Source of the DNA: Fimicolochytrium jonesii
Taxonomy: Eukaryota
Length of the DNA stretch: 64,000 nt
Direction: 5' to 3'
Assembly: GCF_025526975.1 (NCBI RefSeq)
Contig: NW_026515677.1
Coordinates: forward strand, 124,001 to 188,000
Shown here piece by piece: positions 37,227-46,429 of this stretch. Under the pieces are notes generated by a model. The model worked only from the letters and a program-made list of their open reading frames with translations. It was not told where the DNA came from and ran no database searches. Positions within the stretch are counted from its first letter, which is position 1; each line of letters opens with the position of its first letter. Made by a program: the position numbers and the translations under genes.

Positions 37227-38111
37227 ATGCTCGCCAAACAGACCCTCCACACCCTCCTCCTCGCCCTCCTCTCCCTCTCCGTCCACGCATCCCACTACGC
37301 CGACGACGCCGACGACGACCTCGACTCCGACCCCATCTCCCATACCCCTCCCCAACCGCGCCCCGCCACCGACGACGACTGGACAGCCCACCTCTTCCTC
37401 GACGCCGGCGACTTTGCAACCTCCAACATATACTGGATCCTCCCCACCTTTGGAACGTTACTGTTCTTGAATGTGTTGTATTTTATGTATGCGGCGGGAC
37501 GGTTGATGCGCGAGGAGATTGTGAGTGTTCGGGCTGTGGAGTTGGGGGTTGCCGTTGGGGAAGCGTGGACGACGGTTACGACGTGGGCCGAGTTTGGGAA
37601 GTGGAGGGGTGATATCGCAATGACGAGAGCGTACTCGACGGCAGAGGAGGAGGGTCCATCAAGATCGACATCGTCAAAGGCACAGTCAAAGTGGGAGGAA
37701 ATCACGCCAACCCACGGCACCTACCTCTGCCACACCACCGAGGTTTCCCCCACCGAACACGTTTTCGTACATACCCGCACACCACACACACCCGCGTCCG
37801 GCTCCCTCTGGTCCAACTTCCTCTGGCGCACATTCGCACAACATGCTTCAACCACCTGGACCATCGAGGTTCGGCCATCATCACCCGGAGTGAACAAAGG
37901 GAGCATCGTCTACATAACAGAACAACTCCGGATCGCGTCCCCATTCTTCCGCTTCGCTACGGTCATGTTCAAGGGAACCGGTGGGGACGTGACGAGGTTT
38001 TTGAAGGATTTGGCTGCGGAGAGCGGGGATACGCAGGCGGTTGTTGTTAGGCCTGTGCAGGGGAGGTTGGAGGTTGGGAAGGGGCCGGTGGAGGATAAGA
38101 AGGATTTGTAG
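37227..38111 (+). CDS. SRPBCC/START-like (polyketide cyclase-like) domain protein with signal peptide and one TM helix, 294 aa, intronless
   Basis: GRLMREEIVSVRAVELGVAVGEAWTTVTTWAEFGKWRGDI..TWTIEVRP..GSIVYITEQLRIASPFFRF..VTRFLKDLA fits the SRPBCC pattern (recognised by eye). Confidence 0.65.
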   Translation: MLAKQTLHTLLLALLSLSVHASHYADDADDDLDSDPISHTPPQPRPATDDDWTAHLFLDAGDFATSNIYWILPTFGTLLFLNVLYFMYAAGRLMREEIVSVRAVELGVAVGEAWTTVTTWAEFGKWRGDIAMTRAYSTAEEEGPSRSTSSKAQSKWEEITPTHGTYLCHTTEVSPTEHVFVHTRTPHTPASGSLWSNFLWRTFAQHASTTWTIEVRPSSPGVNKGSIVYITEQLRIASPFFRFATVMFKGTGGDVTRFLKDLAAESGDTQAVVVRPVQGRLEVGKGPVEDKKDL

Positions 38112-38162
38112 GGCGCGGCGCCCCCGATTTGGCATAGGCCTTTGCCCTGTATATATATGTAC

Positions 38163-38455
38163 TGTATACTGCGTGGTGGTTGATCTACACTGATGATGAA
38201 AGGATATCCCAGTAGATTTCGTATGGGTGTCCCGTACGGAAAATTTGCAACTCAGATTCGACCTCCGAGAAGGCATACTAGTATGTAGGGTTCGATTCGT
38301 CACAATTGCCAGTAGCACCACTACTTCCTCGACGACGGGCTTGCGCGGAAAACTCTCTCTCCATACCGCCTCCCACGCGGCTTCGGAGTGGTCGCTGATG
38401 TGTTCGGCGGGCGATGTAACCCGGCTATTGATACCCGCAAAAATGAGGCTTGCTG
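38163..38455. repeat. Composite copy of repeat blocks A(inverted)-B(direct)-C(inverted)
   Basis: Manual alignment to 32209-32358, 33547-33575 and 33616-33745. Confidence 0.9.
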
Positions 38456-38884
38456 TTCCACGCGTCGCCGTTCACCCCGGCAGTTTGAAGCGAACAATAC
38501 AGTTCCCTCCCGGTCTCCTGCAGGAGTTCGCTTTCGTATCGATTGTTCCTGCAGCGTACCGAAAGCCGGCGCAGGCCCCATTTCTCAAACGGGATCGGGG
38601 GTGGACCCGTGGGCAGGCTTTTCCAAACCTCCTCGCAGCTTCCACGTACATTCCGCCCCCGCACGATGACAACACTAATCCCAAGCGTAATTTCCACAGG
38701 AACATCCATTCCGCCCAAAAAAAACCCTGTAGCGTGTCTATGATCTACATGTACATACATATAGCGTTCAAAAAAGGGGTTATCTATGCATAATCCTACA
38801 GGGGGGTCTATGTACACGCATCAAACCCCCATCCGCAACCATCGCCTCCACCCCCCAATTACTCGCACCTCGCCAGCAACACCC

Positions 38885-41102
38885 CTACCCCGAGAACACG
38901 GCCTCGTCCACGCGGATCCCCAACCGCTCCAACCCCTCCCTGACCCCGCCGTCCAGCACGTCCTCAAACCCGCCGCCCGCGACGCCCGTCAACACGTATC
39001 TCAGTTTCTGGACGGCGCGCGAGAGGTGGAAGGCGAGGGTGCTGAGGAGGAGGGTGAGGCGGAAGGTGTAGTAGTTGAGGCGGGCGGCGAGCGGGGTCAG
39101 GAGGGTGGTTGGGGATGCGGGGGGGGAGGTTGGGGAGGACCAGATGGACCAGTCTGGGCCGAGGGATTTGACGGCGGAGTGGGCCATGATGTTGATGCGG
39201 TTGACGGGGGAGCCGAGGTATTTATTGTTTGCCCTTTCCAAAAAAAAAAAAAAAACACGGGAAAGTGAGAATGAACAATTCACCGTGCTACGTGCCTCTC
39301 GATGTGACCATTCCGCCCGGGGTACAGCCACAGCATACATACCGGATGATATTCAAGTTCCGGCCAATGAGTATAACCTCCTTCGGCAACAGCTCCGCAT
39401 CATCCAGAAACCCCCGGATCGTCTCCTTCATCCTGACCTGCCTCTCAAACAGGTCCCCCAGATTCACCGACCGGTCCACATGCACCGCTTTCCCCGGCGT
39501 CCACGGTCTCTGGATCGTCGCGCTCGCAAACATGCGCACGTCCTTGATGCCCCATTGCGAGGCGATGGAGGTGAGGGTCGTGATGTCGCCGGTAAAGATG
39601 GATTTCCAGAAGAGGGCGTAGTCGTGCGTGAAGGTCGGCGTGCAGTGGACGTAGAGGCCGTGGTCGAGGAGGACGATTTGAGCGGAGGCGGGGTGAGAGG
39701 GGTGTGGGCGGATGATGATGTTGCCTGAAAGGTATGAGGAGGGGTTGGTTTTGGGAAGCATTGGAGTCGTGTGTTCATCGCCGTGTGCGGTGCTTACCTG
39801 GGTGCGGGTCGGCGTGGACGAAGCCGGATCGGAAGATTTGCTAAGGGACACAAAGGAGGTTAAGACGGCAAATCCTTTGCACGTGTTCACGCCTCCAACC
39901 TATACACACATCAGCAGAAACCTCCACAACAGTCCTCATAACCCCCTTCGGGCTCCACCCCCTCCTCATCATCTCCTCCGCACTGCTCGTAAACCTCAAC
40001 CCCTCAATCCACTCCGTCGTCAACACCCTCTTGGAGCTTTCATCCCAGTACACTTTGGGTATATGCACGCGCTCGTTGAGATTGTCGGGCGCAGAGGCGA
40101 GGTTGTGCGCGGCGAGCTCGGCGTTGCGGCCCTCGTTGATGAAGTCGGTTTCGAGTTGTAGGTGGCTTGCGATGTAGTTTGCTTGCCATGTTCTAGGGAG
40201 AGAGTGCATGGATTAGATAATGTGATGACAATGACAATGGGCGATATGGGAATAAACTCACAAAGGCAAATCAAAAAAGAACTCCAAGGCCCGACACAGA
40301 AACTTATACGTCATCAAATCAAACCCAATCTGTCTCCTGATCTCCGGTTTCTGCACCTTCACCGCAACCGGCGTCCCATCCCTCAACGTCGCGCGATGAA
40401 CCTGCGCAATCGACGCAGCAGCAATCGGTTCCTCATCAAAAGACGCAAAGATCTCTTCGGGCTCTTTACCAAAATCGGCGTGGATGATCTTCCGGACGGC
40501 GGAGTAGGGGACGGCCGGCGCGTCGTCGAAGAGGGTGCGGAAACGGAGGTAGGCGGGCGGGAGGACGGGGACGGCGGCGATTTGTTGCCCGAATTTTATA
40601 TACAGCCCGCCTGCAGATGACATGGGAGGAATGGAGGTCAGTTGATTGCGATGAGGATCGATGAGGTCGATGGAAGACGCGAAGCGATGGATGTTGGGAG
40701 CGATGGATGAATCGATACCCCGCTCGCTCCGCTCGCGACGAGGATGTTGGGCTGGCCTGTGATCCGCGATCCTGGACCTCCTCGGCCTCGCCGCACTCGC
40801 TGAACGCCATCGCATGCCGCCATTGCACGCTCGCCCATACCATTAGTTTTACAAACATCGAGTATCCTCTCCGCGGTCCTCTCATGCAGTTTCTCAATAT
40901 TCTCCGCGTTCCCCGGCACAAAGTTCCATTTATAGTCTGCGGTAACAATCGCACCGGCGACCAGCGTCCTTATATTCCTCTGCAACGTCCTGTCGTAAGC
41001 ATAGGTATCTAGCGCGGCGACTCCGAGCAGGGCGGATGTTGTTAGTAGGCCTAGCCGGCGTAACCGTGAGGGTTGGTGTGGGAGGAAGGATGGGCGGAAC
41101 AT
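38885..41102 (-). CDS. ABC1/ADCK (UbiB-family) atypical kinase, probably mitochondrial (ADCK1/5-like), 6 exons
   Basis: NGGLYIKFGQ, PIAAASIAQVHRA, VAVKVQ, ETDFINEGRN, GFVHADPHPGN, LLDHGLY, ANNKYLGSPVNRINIMA; introns 40611-40840, 40193-40261, 39841-39909, 39725-39797, 39234-39342. Confidence 0.93.
40611..40840 (-). repeat. 230-nt intron carrying the intronic repeat family
   Basis: Minus-strand TCGCGAGCGGAGCGAGCGGGGTATCGATTCATCCAT (40703-40738) versus TCGCGAGCGGAGCGAGCAGGGTATCGATCATCCAT (25536-25570). Confidence 0.8.
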
Positions 41103-42286
41103 GTGTGGGGGTCGGGGCGAGGTGGACTGTTTGTGGAGAAGGCGGACGAGACTGGAGGGTGCTGTTTGTAGGTTATGTATATGGCCAGTCTCTCTGTTTG
41201 AGAGAGCTTTGGTGTGAACGTTCGACGACGAGCGACAGGCGGAAGTTCAACAAGTTCATGCCGTCAGTGCCTCGCCCAATGCCCTTGGATGACTCGCGTG
41301 CGGATCGGGCTTTCCTTGTTGTATTCCACTCACGTGACCCCAGACTTTCGTGACGCGATCCCATGAGATTACTGAACTCCTCGCCGTCCGTCGCGTTATG
41401 CGAGGAGACATTTCCGTACATGCCGTTTCCCAAAGCAACAAAGGGTTTCGTTGAAGAAGCCCAGGAAAGAGAAGATAATCCAAGGGTTTATTCACAGCAG
41501 CGGGTGAATGTATGTGTACGACGAGACTTGACGCGAATTCGACGAAAAGATTTGATTTGGATTACTCAACGAATTCGTTCGTCATCAATCACCCAGGGGA
41601 GGCAAGCGGGAAGGAACAGACCACATTTGTTGATAGAATCATTCTCTGCAGCTTATGTCAACATGAATGGTGAAGGACAGCATTTGAAAATATGCAAGAG
41701 AGGTGGGACTCTATAACGAGAGGCTTTATGCAAGAACGATGCAGCTCTACCGATCTGCTTTTCGATGTAGGTTTGTCGCTATGAAAGATCCGGAACTACG
41801 CAATACTGATCTCCTCTGCTTCTTCACCGTAACGTCCCAATCCCCCTGCCGCGATTGCGACCCTGGTCGAAAATTGCATACAACACCTGTGTGGAAACTT
41901 GGGGAGAACGTGAACACTGAATAGTCAGATGAATTCGCAGACAACGCGTCCAGCACGCGCGCCCACATCCGCTTACATACATGACTGAGCATTGCTGACT
42001 AATGGTGGCACAGTCACGTAGTTCGCTGGAGTGTCGCCCATTCTCGCCCATTCATTCAACCCATGAAGAGCGGACGATCTGGTTTGAAAAGCTCGCTCAT
42101 CACCACGAACATAAAAGCCCAAACAACCCGCGCCTGACGTTGAACGAACCGTTTCACTCCTGCTGGACACGCCCCAGTCCTTGAGTTTCCCTTGGTTTGC
42201 TCCTGCAACAGCCTCCGCCAAAGTCCTTCTCGGTGGTTGCAACAGACTGGACAAACGACACAAACCCGCTTGCAATCGTGCCCACA

Positions 42287-43514
42287 ATGACGGCAACTCT
42301 CGCCGTCGAAGCCCCACCGGCGGCCTCAGCATCTATGAAAAGTGCCGCCACACCGCACCCATTCACGACGTTCATCACCCTCCCTCCCGACATCATCTTC
42401 GATTTCGAACCCTTCTTAAAATCCGACCTCAACCTCGACATCTCCCGCCCGACAACCTCAACCTCCTCCGACGTCTGCAAATTCTTCACGAAAGGCTACT
42501 GCCACAAAGGCGCGAGCTGCCAATTCCGCCACGCGCGAAACGAGAAACGGGTCGTGTGCAAGCATTGGCTGCGCGGGTTGTGCAAGAAGGGCGACTTGTG
42601 CGAGTACCTACATGAGTATAATCTGAAGAAGATGGATGAGTGTAGATTCTATGCTCAGTATGGGGAGTGCTCGAATCCCGAGTGTGTGTATTTGCATGTC
42701 GATCCCGAGACGAAGGTGAAGGATTGTCCGTTTTATCAGTCGGGGTTCTGTAAATTGGGTATGTACCTTGAGCGAGGCATGACCGAGCGTAGAATGGGTT
42801 TGGTTCGGTCTGGGAGACCGAGTGTAGCGTTGCGGAGCGAGTCCAATGTAATACGAACGAAGCGAGCCACATTGCGCCAAAGGCGCAATACTCTTTTCAC
42901 CACGTTTCTTAGCGAGCCTCAGCTAGCGTTAGATCTTTTGCGAGCGAAGCGAGCACCACATTGCGCCAAAGGCGCCATGCTCCCTTCACCCACGTGGTTG
43001 GTTGATTAGCGGTTGATGGTTGACGTTCGATGATTGATGGTCGATGGTCGATGGTTGATAATTGAGGGGTTGACCGTCACTGCTTTTCACATGGAATCCC
43101 TTGCTAACAACTAATTCTTCCCAGGTCCATCATGCAAAGGGAAACATACCCGCAAAGCCATCTGCCAAAACTACCTAACAGGCTTCTGTCCCAAAGGGCC
43201 CGAATGTAACCTTGGCCATCCAAAATTTGACCCGCCAAACTACAACACAGCAGACGACGGGCGAGCACAAAACGCAGATCCGGCTCAACAGACGAACGGC
43301 GGTACGGCTGGTGATGGGAATCGTCCGTATAGGCCGCTGGATCAGGTTACTTGCTTCAAGGTAGGTGTTGCATATCGGGTGTATTTCGGAAATGATCGGC
43401 ACCCTGACTTTTTACTCCTTATAGTGTGGCGACAAAGGGCATTACGCCAACCATTGCCCCAAACGACGAAAGTTCGAACATGAGGACGGGCAACCGATAC
43501 CGACCGTGTCTTGA
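42287..43514 (+). CDS. YTH1: mRNA 3'-end processing factor Yth1/CPSF30; exons 42287-42758, 43125-43360, 43425-43514
   Basis: Five CCCH fingers including VVCKHWLRGLCKKGDLCEYLHEYNLKKMDEC, plus a C-terminal CFKCGDKGHYANHC zinc knuckle after splicing. Confidence 0.95.
42759..43124 (+). repeat. 366-nt intron carrying the intronic repeat family, with an internally duplicated hairpin module
   Basis: TTCGGTCTGGGAGACC at 42804; TTGCGCCAAAGGCGC at 42872 and 42961; (GATGGTY)n tract near 43010-43060. Confidence 0.8.
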
Positions 43515-43997
43515 GCGCACCCCTTTGTCCATGCTTCCGAACCCACTCAACATCCATTATTCGCGTGGAAACTCCTCCTTCTTGGGAGCTCCCATGTAAT
43601 GTACGAAGGGCGTACAGCTCGCATTTTTGGGTCCCTTCATAGCACCTCATCGTATTTATGCTCCTCGAATATATGCTTAGCTTCGCGAACTCGATAGTGC
43701 TGAGATCATTGTATATAACACTTAAATAACAATCGCTTCCATGCTTTTCATGGAGTAGAACGTCACAGAAATCATACAAATGTCTTTCATATGACTATTT
43801 TCAAAACTTGTTCGCCGTTTTGCATGGCGAATGATGAACTTGTAAAAGGTACGGGCCACTGACACACATACAAACGCAGAGGCCGCCCTCCAAATACCCG
43901 ACTTTCCCAAAAAGCGATGACGGGGCTGGGTATCCAATCTCAGACCCCCCAAAAACAAGCAATCAAAAAGCACGGGAAGGAAAACCTCACTCCCTCC

Positions 43998-46429
43998 CTA
44001 TCCAGCAAACCCATAAACCAACCCCAACACAACCCCCACCCCTACCCCCCACCCCCTCACCACCTTCCCCCTACTTCCCGCACTCGGGCTTGCCGAATCC
44101 ACCGGAATCACCGGCGCCGGGCCCTGCCCATTATAGTTCCTCGTCACCGGCGTGCCCACCCCTCCGACCTCACCCACCATACTCCCGTCCCAGCACCAAT
44201 CCCTCAAGCACTGCACGCACACGGCCGGTGTCGGGATGCTCCCGTTGCGGTATAGTGGCGCGGTCAGGATGCAGGCGACGCAGGTCCTGGCATCCGTCGC
44301 ATTAGCCTCCTTCACCCACCCGCCGTTGCTCCGATCCGCCATGGCCGCGGCCCCGTTCGCGAAATACCCGCGGACCTCCTCAAACGTATACTCCATCTTG
44401 AACGTCGAGTCGTTCGTCGGGGCCGTCGCGAACCTGTTCGGGATGTACACGACCATCGGGCCGTTGTACCCCGCGGGGCCGCCGCCGGTGTTGCGGGCGA
44501 GGCCGGCGCACCCGAACGCGGTGACTTTCTGGTGGATGCGCTGCGCGACGACGGCCTCGGGGGTGAAGGGCACGGGCGGGAAGCGGTGCGCGAGGCCCTT
44601 CCAGGCGGCGTACTGCGCGGCGATGACCAGCGACGTGCCGTTGGGGTACCCCGCGACGTCGTTGCTGGAGTCCACGGCGAGGATCACGTCGTTTGCTCGT
44701 GACGCCTGGAGGAGCGGCCAGAGGGGCACGTTCTGACCTGCTTCGCCGCCGTCGACGAGTTCCACCGTGTACGGATCCGCGATCGAGGCGTTGACGGTGG
44801 TGAGGTTGTGGAAGGGGTTGGGGATCAGGGCGGTGTCGCGGCCGGTGGTGGCGATGAGGGTGGCGAGCGGGGAGAGGAGGGAGTGGGAGGTGATGAGGGA
44901 GTCGATGGCGAGGTTGAAGAGGGAGGAGGAGGTGCCGATGATGTAGGAGGTTTGGTCGAAGTTGAGGACGCAGGGTTGGGTGCTTGGGCTGGGTGAGGGG
45001 GGGAGACAAGCGGGGTTAGGGAACGTAGTTTAGTCGCGGACCCGGATGGAGTATTCAGAGCTCAAAACTGGTTGGCCCGCATACCTTCTCGCACCGCCGT
45101 GGGGAGGAGGAGGCTGCGTAGCGACGCCACTGTCGAGGAACGTCCCCAAGTAGCGAGTCTTGATGTACGAGTTCACAGGGACATTGGACGATCCCGTCTC
45201 GAACGGTGTACTCTCCCACTGAAAAAGGACAAACTGTCAACATTGCGCCGTCCCATTCGTTTTCAAAACCACCAATCAAACCGTTCTTCCCAACTCACAA
45301 CATTCGCCATAACAGTAACCCTCTCCTCGCCCTCGGTCCTCTGCACAGTCGCCACAATCGGCAACGGCACACTCGCATTCATCAATGCCGGAATCCTCGC
45401 CACCTGGCTCCACCGTGGGGTATACCCTTTCTTCCCGCCCGAACTCGCCCCCACATTCGGCGGCAGATACTCCGCCAACAGCCTCGCCCACAGATCCGTG
45501 ATGCTGACTTCAAACCCCGCATCGCGCTTCATCTTCACATCCTCCACATAGTCCGCCCACGCGTCCACATTGCCCGGGACGTTGCTGATGCCCTGGCCCG
45601 CGGGTTCGAGGGGGGACGCGGAGGGGTTCCAATTGGCGTAGAAGGTGGGGAGGGTGAGGGGTGGGAAGCCGTTTGTGTAGAGCGTGCCGAGGAGCCAGGA
45701 GCCGCCAGAGAGGCCGGAGATGTAGGTCGCGAGCTGGAGGATGCCGCCGTGTGGGGTGGAGGGGACGCGGGCGTCGAAGGTGGCGAGGATGGAGGCGCCG
45801 CTCATCATCGCTCTGTAGGACACCGCCGCGTGTTAGCTACCCCAGCATCCTGTTGCTGTAACGGTGCACGAAACACCCCTCTTGGTGCTATTCTCCTCTG
45901 TGGTCGAGGCTCACCTGTAACCGCCCCCACTGGCAGCAATGGCGACTCTCGGCCACCTCCCGCCAGCAGGCAGCGTCATCTTGTCCAACCCGGCACTTTC
46001 CAAATACGCCTCCCACGCGCTGGGCACAACCCGATCCCTCCCCGCAACCCAATCCGCCTCCTCCGGCGCCAGCCCGCCCACATCAGCTCCCGTTCTAATA
46101 AGCGCCGCGGACCCATTCGCGGGGCACGGGCCCAAGATCGGGACGTAGGACGATGGGAACGACAGATTCGCGACCTCGGGTGGTGTCGGCGGAGGCAGCT
46201 GCTGCTGGTCCTGCCGGGACGCGAGCGTGCTGGGTCGGGCAGCGGCTTTGAGTTCGTGGAGGATTTCGCGGAGGATGCGGTGGTGAGGGTTGTGGCAGAT
46301 GGAGAGGGTGTGAGCGGGGCAGATGGCGATTAACGGGGATGATGGGGGGGATGTGAAAAGAGATGACTTGCCAGTACCTGGCAATATGAGCAGGGCCAGG
46401 ATGGCTAGGGTGGTTGGGGAGGGCATCAT
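43998..46429 (-). CDS. Lysophospholipase / phospholipase B (PLA2c family), secreted, possible GPI-type tail
   Basis: Signal peptide; SGGGYRAM, GLSGGSW and ELVDGGE catalytic motifs; introns 45813-45914, 45219-45298, 44989-45084; hydrophobic C-terminus. Confidence 0.92.

Noticed and set aside
38183..38218. Hammerhead-like string ATCTACA-CTGATGA-T-GAAA-GGATATCC-CA-GTAGAT
   Set aside because: No stem II, no U at the NUH cleavage site, and the core is not kept in the sister copy at ~32310
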